Positions 1-9,762 of a stretch of DNA of 44,967 bases are shown here, piece by piece (position 1 is the first letter of the stretch; each line of letters starts with the position of its first letter). The notes below the pieces were generated by a model that saw only the letters and a list, made by a program, of their open reading frames with translations, ran no database searches and was not told the origin of the DNA. The DNA is from Nitrospinaceae bacterium (GTDB lineage Bacteria > Nitrospinota > Nitrospinia > Nitrospinales > VA-1). The position numbers and the translations under genes were made by a program. The stretch covers positions 1 through 44,967 of the forward strand of contig JBHHVU010000024.1 in assembly GCA_046754465.1 (NCBI GenBank), in the 5' to 3' direction.

Positions 1-181
1 TGAAAGATGGGCTTTTTTATTTCCTCCGGTTCGGCAGAGCCGGAAAAGAAAGAAGGTGGGGGCCATGCCACAAGGGTATCTGAATGAATCTCTGCTGATT
101 TTAGGAAAATATAAATTGAACCCGGCTGTACATGTTCCGGAAGATCATGTGCCGCCCTAACTGGAAATGGAGGTGCTTGAT

Positions 182-653
182 ATGAAACGCTTCTTCAAAA
201 GAATCCTTTTAATCGCATTTGTCTTCTCTCTATTTTGGGCTGTCCCCCATGGTTGGGGCGCAACCCTATCTTAAAAGCGAACCGTCTCTTTCTACTTCTG
301 TGAACTGGGATGTCGCCGCCAATGGAATGTTGTATGTGAGCTACGATACCGATCATAATGGTAAGGCGGATTTCCATACGTTGCACATCGTTTTCCGGTC
401 CTTTTACTCCAGGGCGACCGTGCTGGAGATCGCGAAAAACTTTCCCGGAAACCTTGTTTTCTACGTTAACCACGATGTGGCGGGTTTTTTCTACATCGTG
501 GACAGGAACCCTCTGTTTTATGCCATCGACGTGAATGAGGATGGACAATGGGATTTGATTTACAAGGATGTTTCCGAGGACGGAGTCAACGGGAACGAGG
601 CGTTTTACGACAGCCCTTCCGGCATGTTTGGTCCTGCTATCGCAAACTTTTAA
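182..653 (+). CDS. Secreted hypothetical protein with two DxDxDG-type Ca-binding loops, interrupted by a 1-nt frameshift near 244-258
   Basis: GGAGG SD precedes ATG 182, which reads MKRFFKRILLIAFVFSLFWAVP (signal peptide) and stops at 272-274. The body (QPYLKSEP...ANF, ORF 219..653) is in another frame and contains YDTDHNGKAD and IDVNEDGQWD. Confidence 0.7.
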
Positions 654-777
654 AAAAGAGCTTTTTTCATGAGGCCCGAAAATCGGTGAAAGGTAGGGGA
701 TTATCGGTGTTTTTTGCCTTTACTTCTGGTAAACTGATGCTCGAATCCAACTTTAACGGCCATAGGAGAGTTGAGTT

Positions 778-1203
778 ATGATGGGCATCGGTTTCCCTGA
801 ATTGATGATTATTCTGGTCATTATCATGATTATTTTTGGCGCCGGAAAACTTCCCGACATTGGGAATGCTTTTGGAAAAAGCATCAAGAATTTCAAACAG
901 TCCATGAAAGAGGCGGAAGAAGTTTCAGTCGATGATTCCTCCAAGGAAGTTTCTGGAGATGCAGCCGCGGTTTCCACGGAGGGGGCAGAAGCCCAGGCAG
1001 CCCCAACAACGAATGAGGCGGCCAAGAAGAAGGAAGAAGAAATTATTGACGAGGCCGCCTTGGAGATTGAAAAAAATCGCATCGGTACGATTAAAACTCC
1101 CCACGATGGACTGGTTCAGCAGCGGGATGTTTTCACCGAATCGCTTAATAAAGTTCCCGGCGGCAGAAGCCGCAGCCGCGGTGTCACCCGGGATATTTTT
1201 TAG
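778..1203 (+). CDS. tatA: Twin-arginine translocase TatA/TatE family subunit
   Basis: [41 protein letters not shown] helix, FG hinge, amphipathic helix. AGGAG SD upstream. Confidence 0.93.
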   Translation: MMGIGFPELMIILVIIMIIFGAGKLPDIGNAFGKSIKNFKQSMKEAEEVSVDDSSKEVSGDAAAVSTEGAEAQAAPTTNEAAKKKEEEIIDEAALEIEKNRIGTIKTPHDGLVQQRDVFTESLNKVPGGRSRSRGVTRDIF

Positions 1204-1353
1204 AGTCCGGACGGAACCCTTAATTAAGATAGGCTCCGCAGCGTCCCCGGTACGGTGATCCCCTGGCCGGGGGATATGGTCCAGTGACATCCCAATTGCG
1301 GAGGCTCAGGCCCGTTAAGAAAAGCTGTGGGGGTCAATCGGCGCGGTGAGGGA

Positions 1354-2544
1354 TCACCGGTCGCATTCGCCGCCGATCATGTTGATCATATCGAAGGTGG
1401 GGATGATATCCGCGAGCATTCCGCCTTTGCAAATCTGCTCCATCGCCGCTGTCATGGTGAAACTGGGGGGACGCACTCTGCATTTGTAGGGCTTTCCGGT
1501 TCCATCGCTGACAAGGTAGAATCCCAACTCCCCGTTGGCCGCTTCCGTCGGCATGTACACCTCGCCCACCGGCGGTTTCAAGCCGTCGATCACCATCTTG
1601 AAATGGGCGATCATCTCTTCCATGCGAGTATAGACATCCGGTTTCGAGGGAGCCCGCATGTAAGGATTGTTGACATTGATCGGACCGTCGGGCATTTCCT
1701 TCATCGCCTGTTTGATGATCTTGAGACTCTGTTTGATTTCTTCCATCCGGACCAGGTAGCGGTCAAAATTATCCCCGGTGGTTCCGAGGGGGATATCAAA
1801 ATCCATTCGATCGTACACCAGGTAAGGATGTTTTTTCCGGATGTCATAATCGACTCCGCAGGCGCGCAGGCAGGGTCCGGTGAAACCCCAGGATATGGCA
1901 TCTTTTGCCGAAATAGCCCCGGTATCCCTCATCCTGTCCAAGAAGATGCGGTTCTTGGTGAGCAGCTTGTCCACGTCGTCGAACAGGGAATCCAGTTTTT
2001 TATACGAGGCCTGTATATCTTCGTCGAACCCGGGGGGGAGGTCGCACATCAAACCCCCGATGCGGATGTAATTGGAGGTCAGCCGGGCACCGCAGACCTT
2101 TTCCAGGAGGTCCCAGACGATTTCACGGGCTTCCACGAAATAAATGAACGCGGTCAGGGCACCCAACTCCAGGGCGGCGGCGGCGATATTGGTGTAGTGG
2201 TCCGAAATGCGGGCCAGTTCGTTGGTGACCACCCGAATGTAATTGCAACGATCTGTGGCCTCGATCCCGCACAATTTCTCGACCGCCAGGGCGAACCCGA
2301 TGTTATTCATGATCGCGGAACAATAATTCAATCGGTCCGTATAAGGGAAAACGTTGGAATAGGTCACGCTTTCACACATCTTTTCAAAACCGCGATGCAA
2401 GTAACCGATTTCCACGACCATGTCGACGACGGTTTCACCATCGAGGGTCAGCAGGAACTTTACCGTGCCGTGAGTGGCGGGATGGGAGGGTCCCATATTC
2501 AGGACCATGTGATCTGTATGCAGTTTTTCCGTTAAGTCCGTCAT
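1354..2544 (-). CDS. nuoD: NADH-quinone oxidoreductase subunit D
   Basis: LNMGPSHPATHG, IGYLHRGFEK, DRLNY, ELARISDH, GELGFY, RVRPPSF and C-terminal GECDR motifs. Confidence 0.96.
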   Translation of the reverse strand: MTDLTEKLHTDHMVLNMGPSHPATHGTVKFLLTLDGETVVDMVVEIGYLHRGFEKMCESVTYSNVFPYTDRLNYCSAIMNNIGFALAVEKLCGIEATDRCNYIRVVTNELARISDHYTNIAAAALELGALTAFIYFVEAREIVWDLLEKVCGARLTSNYIRIGGLMCDLPPGFDEDIQASYKKLDSLFDDVDKLLTKNRIFLDRMRDTGAISAKDAISWGFTGPCLRACGVDYDIRKKHPYLVYDRMDFDIPLGTTGDNFDRYLVRMEEIKQSLKIIKQAMKEMPDGPINVNNPYMRAPSKPDVYTRMEEMIAHFKMVIDGLKPPVGEVYMPTEAANGELGFYLVSDGTGKPYKCRVRPPSFTMTAAMEQICKGGMLADIIPTFDMINMIGGECDR

Positions 2545-2605
2545 GAGCGATTCATCGATTCCGAGAAATGGGTGGTGGCAAGGTCCCGGCCCGGGAAGTG
2601 GGTGG

Positions 2606-5236
2606 TTAACCCGCTTTGGAGACCTTGATGGCGATCAAACCTTCTTCTCCGTTTCTTAACTGATTGACAGGCACGTTCACCCAGTTTTTGGGAATGTAGA
2701 CCATTCCCCGGGTGGTCACATAACTGGTTTTGACTGGAACTTCCACCTTGGCGGTTTCCGATTCAACGATAATGCGGTCGCCGGATTGAATATTCAGACT
2801 TTCGGCGTCCTGGGGATGTATCTCGGCGATGCATTCCGGCCCGATATCCACAAGCGCCTTGGCGTGTTGGGTGTAACTTCCTATATGGAACATATGGTTG
2901 TTCGTCTGCAAACGGAAGGGGTATCCCTCTTTCTCCAAAGAGCCCTTGCGGCCTTGGCGGATATGGAACCGGGGGTTTACCCCGGTTTTTCCAGGAGCCC
3001 ATTGTTTGGAATCGGTTCCGGGCATTGTCCCCCGGTAGTCGGAAACCGTTCGTTCAATTTCTTCCTGGACCTCCTGGATACCGGTGAACCGGAAGGGTTT
3101 TTCCAAGACATCGGCCAGGTCGCATAAGATATCGAAATCGGGTTTGGAGCCGCCCTGGGGGAGGGTGGCCGGAGCCACTCGTTGCACGTGACGGGTCATA
3201 TTGGTGTAGGTCCCTTCCTTTTCCGCGAAGGTTGAGGCCGGGAGGATGATGTCAGCCATTTTCGCGGTCCCGGTCATGAAAACATCCTGCACCACCAGGA
3301 AGGGGACCGTCCGCAGCGCTTCATTGGCCAAGGCCCCCTTGTAATAGGAATGAATCGGGTCTTCGCCGCAAACATAAAGCAGCTTGATTTTTCCATTGGC
3401 ACAATTTTCGAAAAGCTGGTGGGCGAGATTGGCCTCGCCGAATTTTAGAGAATCGGTTCCCCATTCCCTGGCGAGGGCGTCCAGGGCTTCCGAATCCTGG
3501 GGGCTCCGGTAGCCCGGGAGGAAATCCGGCGTCACACCCATGTCATTGACCCCTTGGGAATTGCAATGCTCCCGGGGGGGATAGATACTGACGCTCCCCT
3601 GTCCCCCGAAATGGACCAAGGTGGAAAGGTTGAGAAGGGCATTGAGAATGTCTTCTCCCTGGCCGGTGTCCAGGATATCGTTTCCGATCAGGATGACCCG
3701 GTCCGCTTTCCGGGCGAAGCGTTCGGCGGCGCGGGTCAAAACCTCGTCTGGCAGACCGGTCAATTTTTGCGCTTCCGGGGCGGTGCAGGGTTCCAGGGAG
3801 CGGACGAACTCGTCGTAATTTGGAACGGAGGACTTCACGCGTGCGGTATCCACCAGACCACCATCCAGGATGATTCGGGCGAGCCGGTTGACCACGGCCA
3901 GATCCGCTCCGTGGGTGTAGGTCAGGCGGATGTCTCTGCCGGCCTCGTTATTGAAAACGACATCCCGCGGGTTGGCGATGATGAGTTCGGTTCCGTTGAA
4001 AACCGCTCCCTTACGAATCGAGTTCCCGCCCACCGGATACTCGGAAGGCAGGTCCGAATTGAAGACCAGGACCACGTCGGCGTTTTGCAATTCGGTGACC
4101 GGTTTGGATTCGATGCCGTTTTGAAAGCAGTCCAGCATGAAGCGGTTGACGTAGGGCGCCCGGAGATTCGCCAGGTTGGTGACTTGGTTGGAGCCAAAGT
4201 GACCCCGGAATAATTTTTGGAACAAATAGGCCTCTTCGTTCGTCATTTTTTCGGAACCGATACCGGCGATGCTTTCGGGTCCGCTTCGGTTGACCGTGGT
4301 CTGGAACCGTTCCGCGATGATTTTCATCGCCTCATCCCAGGGGATCTCCTTGAATTTTCCCCCGTAATTCATCATGGGAAACTGGATTCTTTCCGGATGG
4401 TGGATGATGCCGTGTCCGAACCGGCCCTTGGCGCAAAGATTGCCTTCATTGATTCCCACGTTATAATTTTCGTCGGCCTCGATGCGCAGAACCTGACCCT
4501 TTTTGGTTTCCAGGCTAATCGTGCATCCCCACGAGCAGTAATTGCAGGTGGAGTGGGTATTGGTGAAGAGGGCGGCAAGCCCCCGGGCTCCGGAGGTCAT
4601 GTCCATGAGCGCGCCGGTGGGGCAAACGGTGATGCACTGTCCGCAGAACTCGCAATCGAGAGGTTCTTCATTGGCGGTGCCAATGGCGACTTTCATCCCC
4701 CGTTTGTGAAAGTCCAGGGCCTGCACTCCCTGAATCTCGTCGCAGGCGCGGACGCACAATCCGCACATGATGCAACGGTTCAAATAAAATTCGATGATGG
4801 GATTGGTCTTGATACTGGGTTCGTTGCGGCGGTTAATCTCGAAACGGCCGTTGTACAGCTGCATGGCATCGGTGTTGTCCTGAAGCGGACACACGCCGGA
4901 TTTGTCACAAATCGGGCAATCCAGGGGATGCTCCACCAGCAGCATTTCGAGGCAGGCCCGGTTGTATCGGTCCGTTTCCTCGGTATTGATACGCACTTCC
5001 ATGCCCTCGGCCACGGGCTGGGTGCAGGAGTACACCAAGTCCTTTTCGCCGTTGGTGCGGGTTTCCACCATGCAGGTCCGGCAGGCGGCGAACGGTTTGA
5101 GTTTCCGGTTATAACAGAGGTTGGTGATTTCAAAACCGTGTTGCTTGGCCGCTTCCAGGATCACCGTCCCTTCAGGCGCCGAGACCTCTTTTCCATTTAT
5201 TTTAAATTGAATGGTTTTTTTGACGACGGTACTCAT
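2606..5236 (-). CDS. nuoG: NuoG-like / FdhF-alpha-fold Fe-S protein (molybdopterin oxidoreductase family)
   Basis: N-terminal 2Fe-2S (C...CRTC...C), HPLDCPICDKSGVC, CIMCGLCVRAC, CEFCGQCITVCP and CNYCSWGC...LC motifs, plus a molybdopterin-dinucleotide-binding-type C-terminus. Lies between nuoE and nuoD. Confidence 0.85.
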   Translation of the reverse strand: MSTVVKKTIQFKINGKEVSAPEGTVILEAAKQHGFEITNLCYNRKLKPFAACRTCMVETRTNGEKDLVYSCTQPVAEGMEVRINTEETDRYNRACLEMLLVEHPLDCPICDKSGVCPLQDNTDAMQLYNGRFEINRRNEPSIKTNPIIEFYLNRCIMCGLCVRACDEIQGVQALDFHKRGMKVAIGTANEEPLDCEFCGQCITVCPTGALMDMTSGARGLAALFTNTHSTCNYCSWGCTISLETKKGQVLRIEADENYNVGINEGNLCAKGRFGHGIIHHPERIQFPMMNYGGKFKEIPWDEAMKIIAERFQTTVNRSGPESIAGIGSEKMTNEEAYLFQKLFRGHFGSNQVTNLANLRAPYVNRFMLDCFQNGIESKPVTELQNADVVLVFNSDLPSEYPVGGNSIRKGAVFNGTELIIANPRDVVFNNEAGRDIRLTYTHGADLAVVNRLARIILDGGLVDTARVKSSVPNYDEFVRSLEPCTAPEAQKLTGLPDEVLTRAAERFARKADRVILIGNDILDTGQGEDILNALLNLSTLVHFGGQGSVSIYPPREHCNSQGVNDMGVTPDFLPGYRSPQDSEALDALAREWGTDSLKFGEANLAHQLFENCANGKIKLLYVCGEDPIHSYYKGALANEALRTVPFLVVQDVFMTGTAKMADIILPASTFAEKEGTYTNMTRHVQRVAPATLPQGGSKPDFDILCDLADVLEKPFRFTGIQEVQEEIERTVSDYRGTMPGTDSKQWAPGKTGVNPRFHIRQGRKGSLEKEGYPFRLQTNNHMFHIGSYTQHAKALVDIGPECIAEIHPQDAESLNIQSGDRIIVESETAKVEVPVKTSYVTTRGMVYIPKNWVNVPVNQLRNGEEGLIAIKVSKAG

Positions 5237-5802
5237 TCAGATTTTTTCTCCTCCTCCGCGGCGGGTTCGTCTTTTTTATCCCGATAACTGGCGAGCAGTT
5301 CCAGCGTACATTCCGGGTCGATCGTTCCGTGGGTATCTTCACCTATGATGGCCATGGGCGCGGCCCCGCAGTTCCCCAGGCAAGAGGCGGTTTGCAAGGT
5401 GAATAATTTGTCCTTGTCCGTTTCCCCCGGCCGGATATGATACGCTTCATGAATTTTTTCGCCGATGATCGGGGCGCCTTTGACAAAACAGGCGGTCCCG
5501 TAACACAGCTTGATGATGTATTTCCCCGGCTCGGTGACCCGCAGTTGCGGATAAAACGTGATGACCCCGTAGATTTCCGCGCGGGTGATTTTCATCTTTT
5601 CCATGAGCAGCCGCATCGCGGGGTCGGGCAGGTATCGATAGACCGCCTGAATCTTCTGCAGGGTGGGTATCAGATAGCGGCGGATATTTTGGCTCCGCGG
5701 CAATTGGTCCAGTATTTCCCGGGTGGGCGCCAGATCGATCGGCTTTTCTTCCTCTTGAGCGATGTCTTCCGGGGGGATGACCGGAGTATCGTTGGTTTCC
5801 AT
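5233..5802 (-). CDS. nuoE: NADH-quinone oxidoreductase subunit E family (thioredoxin-like 2Fe-2S)
   Basis: LIPTLQKIQ, GVITFY, CYGTAC and CLGNCGAAP motifs. ATGA overlap with the nuoG-like gene. Confidence 0.9.
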   Translation of the reverse strand: METNDTPVIPPEDIAQEEEKPIDLAPTREILDQLPRSQNIRRYLIPTLQKIQAVYRYLPDPAMRLLMEKMKITRAEIYGVITFYPQLRVTEPGKYIIKLCYGTACFVKGAPIIGEKIHEAYHIRPGETDKDKLFTLQTASCLGNCGAAPMAIIGEDTHGTIDPECTLELLASYRDKKDEPAAEEEKKSE

Positions 5803-5975
5803 AAGCGGCTCTTTAAAGGTAATTACCCAAGTCCAGGGACATGGGTCGTTCCTTGGTGATTATAAGGAAATTTTTAAACAGGGTTTATGGGTTTGAATCG
5901 ATATTTCCTTTTGGGCCCGATCGGTTACGATGATTTTCCTGCCGGTACGTTCTTTTCAATCCGGATCGAAGGGGA

Positions 5976-6005
5976 AGTATATAAGCTAGATTGTTTTACT
6001 GTCAA
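5976..6005 (-). promoter_or_regulatory. Putative sigma70 promoter for nuoE-G-D
   Basis: Minus strand TTGACA-N18-TATACT, about 175 nt upstream of the nuoE start. Confidence 0.55.
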
Positions 6006-6217
6006 CTTAATTATTGCTCCCTGGAAACGGGGAAACCCCTTTGTTTAAAGGTTCTATTTCATATTGCCGGGGGGAGGACGGGAGGATTGCCGAACGGGGT
6101 CCAAGCCGGCGCGATCCAGAAACCTCGGCGGGTTCCCCGTCTCCCCCATGTCACGGGATTTACGTTTTTCCGGTCAACGGGATGTTGCAGGATCCGGGCC
6201 GCCTTGACGGAGATGTT

Positions 6218-8506
6218 TCAGGGAGTGATGATAATGACCGGGCTCGATTCCTCATAGGAACCGGGGGCCGCCTCCACTTTCACGTTGGGATTATTTTGCA
6301 GCAGCCTTTGGGTGATCCGCAATTTTTCCCGCGCGCCGCGGTGATCTGGATTGAGCTGGATGGCCTGCCGGTATTGAGGGATCGCCTCCCGATAACGGTT
6401 CATTTCCCCGTAGACCCAGCCGAGGTTGAAAAAGGCGTCGGCGTCGGTGGGGTTTAGGCGAATGGACTGCTTTAACGGTTCGACCGCTTCCAGGTAACGG
6501 TTCATTTCGATGTGCACCCATCCCAGGCTGGACCAGGCCCGGGCGTTGCCGGGTTCTATCTGGATGACCATTTTGTATTGCTCCGCCGCCTCGCCGTACC
6601 TGCCGAGAACGTCGTAAATCAGACCAAGGTTGTAATGGGCCGGGACGTGATTCGGGTCGATCCGGATCACTTCCTTAAAATAACGGATAGCCTCTTCATG
6701 CTTTTCCAGGACGGTGAGCAGGGACCCGAGGTTGATGTAAACTTCAAGGAAATCCGGGTTGAGCTTGACCGCTTTTTGGTACGCCTCGATGGCTTCCGGA
6801 TATTGGCCCAACTGCCAGTATACCGTCCCCAGATGGTTGTAGGCGTCGGTGAAACCGGCGGCCAGACGGATGGTTTCCCTGAAGGATTCGGCGGCTTCGG
6901 TGTAACGCCGCATTTTCTCGTAACCCAGTCCGAGAAAATAATGCGCCCTGGGCAGTTTGGGGGCGATGCGGATGGATTCCCGCAAATGGGGAAGCGCCTC
7001 CTCAAACCGGCCCAGCTCGCTGTAGGCCAGACCCAGATTGAACCGGACCAAAACGTTATCGGCTTCGGCCTTCACCACTTTATTCAGGGGGGAAAGGGCC
7101 TCCTCGAACCTGGATTGAAGGATATAGGCGTTGCCCAGCTCCTGGTAAGCGGGAAGGTGGTTGGGGTCGAGCTCGATGGCCCTCTTTAAGGATTCAATAG
7201 CCTCGGGATATCGTTCCAGTTCGATAAAGGTTAATCCCAGATCGAAATGAGTTTGGGCGGATTTGGGGAGAACCGCCAATGCCAGTTGGAATTCTTCCCG
7301 GGCTTTTTCATTCCATTTGAGGCGCAAGTATACCTCGCCCAGCCGGGCACGGGCCATACCGTTTTTCGGTTGAATCCGCGTCACTTGTTGATAAGCGTCC
7401 GCCGCGAGGTTGAGCCGTTTCAACCCTTCGTGGATTTTTCCCATATTGAAATAAGCCCGCCAGTTTTTCGGCTGGATTCGTATGACTTGCTGGTAATTGT
7501 CCAGTGCTTTGGGAAACTGCTTCTTCTTTTCAAACAGGAGCGCCATATTGAAATATGCTGGAGCGTAATCGGGATCGAGACGGACCGCGTCCTTGTAGAC
7601 CGCGATCGCTTCCGCGACCCGTCCCAGGTTGGCGTAAGCCCGCCCCAGTTTGAAATGAGCGAGGGGATCCCTGAACCGGAGACGGGCCAGGTTCTGAAAC
7701 GCCTTAAGGGCTTTTTGGTGTAGACCCTGTTTCTGGTAGGCGGTCCCCAGGCCGTCGTAAGCCTCGTCGGCCCTGGGATTGATCAAGAGCGCGGTTTTGA
7801 AGGGTTCGGACGCGTCCTTATAGTGCCCGGCCTGGAGATGAGCGCGTCCGATCCCTGTAAACGCCTCGTAAAAATTAGGGTTGAGGTCGATGGTGTCTTT
7901 AAAGACGGCGATGGCCTCCCGGGGTTGCCCCATCCGCAGATAGCTTTGTCCCAGGGCGTAGGAGGCTTCGGGGAAGATCGGGGTCAGTTGCAGGGTTTCC
8001 CGGAACTCCCTGATCGCTTTTTCGTGTTTCTTCAGGGCCTGGTAGCACTGGCCCAGGGTGAAGTGGGCGGCCGCCATGTCCGGCTGCAACCGGAGGGCGA
8101 TTTGGAGGGGTTTCACCGCCTGGCGCCACTTTTTCTGTTTGCTGGTGGCCCAGCCGAGACCGTATTGACCTTCGGCATAATTGGGGTCCAGACGGGTGGC
8201 TTCCAGATAGGCGGCGGCGGATTTTTTGTACCGCCCCAGTTCCCCATAACTCCCCCCCAGGCCATGGTAAGCCGCGGCGAACAAGGGTTCCAGGCGAAGG
8301 GTTTCCTTGAATTCCCGAATGGCGTCTTCATAGAGGCCCAGGACCTGGTAGACGCGGCCCAGGCCAAAATGCGGCGAATAATCCTTGGGATCGGCCTCGA
8401 TCGCCTTTTTGTACCCCTGGATTTTGTCCCCGAAGGATTCGCTGAAAACCGTTTGCACGGAAATCAGTAAACCCAGGGCGAGAACGGCCGCGGCGGCGTG
8501 TTTCAT
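6218..8506 (-). CDS. Exported tetratricopeptide-repeat protein (~21 TPRs, 762 aa)
   Basis: Start taken at ATG 8506 (MKHAAAAVLALGLLISVQTVFS, signal-peptide-like). Continuous 34-aa repeats of the A.AY..LG..Y..LG.Y.EA...YK.AI.L.P type. The 204 upstream codons of the ORF overlap amt. Confidence 0.9.
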   Translation of the reverse strand: MKHAAAAVLALGLLISVQTVFSESFGDKIQGYKKAIEADPKDYSPHFGLGRVYQVLGLYEDAIREFKETLRLEPLFAAAYHGLGGSYGELGRYKKSAAAYLEATRLDPNYAEGQYGLGWATSKQKKWRQAVKPLQIALRLQPDMAAAHFTLGQCYQALKKHEKAIREFRETLQLTPIFPEASYALGQSYLRMGQPREAIAVFKDTIDLNPNFYEAFTGIGRAHLQAGHYKDASEPFKTALLINPRADEAYDGLGTAYQKQGLHQKALKAFQNLARLRFRDPLAHFKLGRAYANLGRVAEAIAVYKDAVRLDPDYAPAYFNMALLFEKKKQFPKALDNYQQVIRIQPKNWRAYFNMGKIHEGLKRLNLAADAYQQVTRIQPKNGMARARLGEVYLRLKWNEKAREEFQLALAVLPKSAQTHFDLGLTFIELERYPEAIESLKRAIELDPNHLPAYQELGNAYILQSRFEEALSPLNKVVKAEADNVLVRFNLGLAYSELGRFEEALPHLRESIRIAPKLPRAHYFLGLGYEKMRRYTEAAESFRETIRLAAGFTDAYNHLGTVYWQLGQYPEAIEAYQKAVKLNPDFLEVYINLGSLLTVLEKHEEAIRYFKEVIRIDPNHVPAHYNLGLIYDVLGRYGEAAEQYKMVIQIEPGNARAWSSLGWVHIEMNRYLEAVEPLKQSIRLNPTDADAFFNLGWVYGEMNRYREAIPQYRQAIQLNPDHRGAREKLRITQRLLQNNPNVKVEAAPGSYEESSPVIIITP

Positions 8507-8526
8507 GAATGACCTTATTCCAGCGA

Positions 8527-9762
8527 TCACAAGAACCGAGTGGTGATCTCTTCCGGATTGGATTCCAGTTTGTGAATCGTGAGATCGGATCCTTTCATTT
8601 CCTCTTCCCGGGAGAGCCGCATTCCAAAAAGCGAGTCCAGCACCTTGTAAACCGTGAACCCGAAGACCAGGGAAATGGCGATGGCTGCCAGGGATCCTAC
8701 TGTCTGGGCGACCAAACTGACGCCCCCGAGTCCTCCCAAAGCTTCCTGGCCAAAGATTCCACAGGCGATACCTCCCCAGGTTCCGGAAATTCCATGCAGC
8801 GGCCAAACGCCCAGGACATCGTCGATTTTGAGTTTTTCCTGTTCCCAGGTGAATCCCTTGACGAAAATAATGGCCGCGATGCCGCCGATGAAAAACGCTC
8901 CAATGGGGTGAACCTTGTCGGACCCGGCGCAAATGGCGACCAATCCCGCCAGCGCGCCGTTGTGAATGAAACCGGGGTCGTTTTTGGAAATGACCAGGGC
9001 GAACAGAATGCCCCCCACCATGGCGAAAAGTGAATTCATCGCCACCAGGCCGGTAATTCCCTGAATCGTTGCCGCCGACATTACGTTGAATCCAAACCAA
9101 CCGATGCAGAGCATCCAACTGCCCAGCGCCAGGAAAGGGACATTGCTGATGGGGATGGGCCGACTATTCCCCTCGGCGTCCCAACGCCCGATACGGGGCC
9201 CTAAAATCATCACTCCCGCCAGGGCGATCCATCCCCCCACGGAATGGACGACCACGGATCCCGCGTAATCATGGAAAGGAATGCCCCCGCTGATATCGGC
9301 CAGCCAGGACCCTTCCTGTCCCAAAAAACTGATTCTGCCCCATACCATGCCCTCGAAGAGGGGATAGGCGAACGCCACGAAAATGCCCGCCGCCAGGGCC
9401 TGTGTCCAGAACTTGCTCCGCTCGGCGATGCCGCCGGAAATGATGGCGGGAACCGCTGCGGCAAAGGTCAACAGGAAGAAAAAATGCACCAGTTCATAAC
9501 CCTGGTTGTCGGCCACCAAGTCGGAAGCCGATTGGAAAAAATAAACCCCATAGGCCAGGGAATAACCGATCAGGAAATAAACAACCGTGGAAATGGAAAA
9601 ATCCGAAATGATCTTCACCAGGGCATTGACCTGGTTTTTTCTTCGCACTGTACCGACTTCGAGAAAAGCAAATCCCCCGTGCATGGCAAAAACCATCACG
9701 GCTCCCAGCATCATGAACAGGACATCGCCGCTGTTTCCTAGAGATATTATGTCCTTTTCCAT
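8527..9762 (-). CDS. amt: Ammonium transporter (Amt family)
   Basis: GFAFLEVG, IISGGIAER, DYAGSVVVH, GWFGFN and DDVLGVWPLHG motifs, with both pore histidines. GGAGGAG SD upstream. Confidence 0.96.
   Translation of the reverse strand: MEKDIISLGNSGDVLFMMLGAVMVFAMHGGFAFLEVGTVRRKNQVNALVKIISDFSISTVVYFLIGYSLAYGVYFFQSASDLVADNQGYELVHFFFLLTFAAAVPAIISGGIAERSKFWTQALAAGIFVAFAYPLFEGMVWGRISFLGQEGSWLADISGGIPFHDYAGSVVVHSVGGWIALAGVMILGPRIGRWDAEGNSRPIPISNVPFLALGSWMLCIGWFGFNVMSAATIQGITGLVAMNSLFAMVGGILFALVISKNDPGFIHNGALAGLVAICAGSDKVHPIGAFFIGGIAAIIFVKGFTWEQEKLKIDDVLGVWPLHGISGTWGGIACGIFGQEALGGLGGVSLVAQTVGSLAAIAISLVFGFTVYKVLDSLFGMRLSREEEMKGSDLTIHKLESNPEEITTRFL

Noticed and set aside
2606..5236. Formate dehydrogenase alpha subunit or selenoprotein call
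   Set aside because: No Cys/Sec-His at the expected catalytic position and no in-frame TGA. The gene is flanked by nuoE and nuoD.
1327..5287. Long plus-strand ORFs (402, 219 and 356 aa) opposite nuoD and nuoG
   Set aside because: Antisense shadows of GC3-biased genes with no motifs. The same applies to most other antisense ORFs in the track.
6218..8440. Periodic DNA similarity within the TPR gene
   Set aside because: Explained by ordinary 34-aa TPR coding repeats, not a separate repeat element.
8507..9118. 204-codon N-terminal extension of the TPR ORF (966 aa) overlapping amt
   Set aside because: Arg/Gly/His-rich off-frame shadow of amt. A signal peptide and SD-like sequence mark ATG 8506 as the true start.
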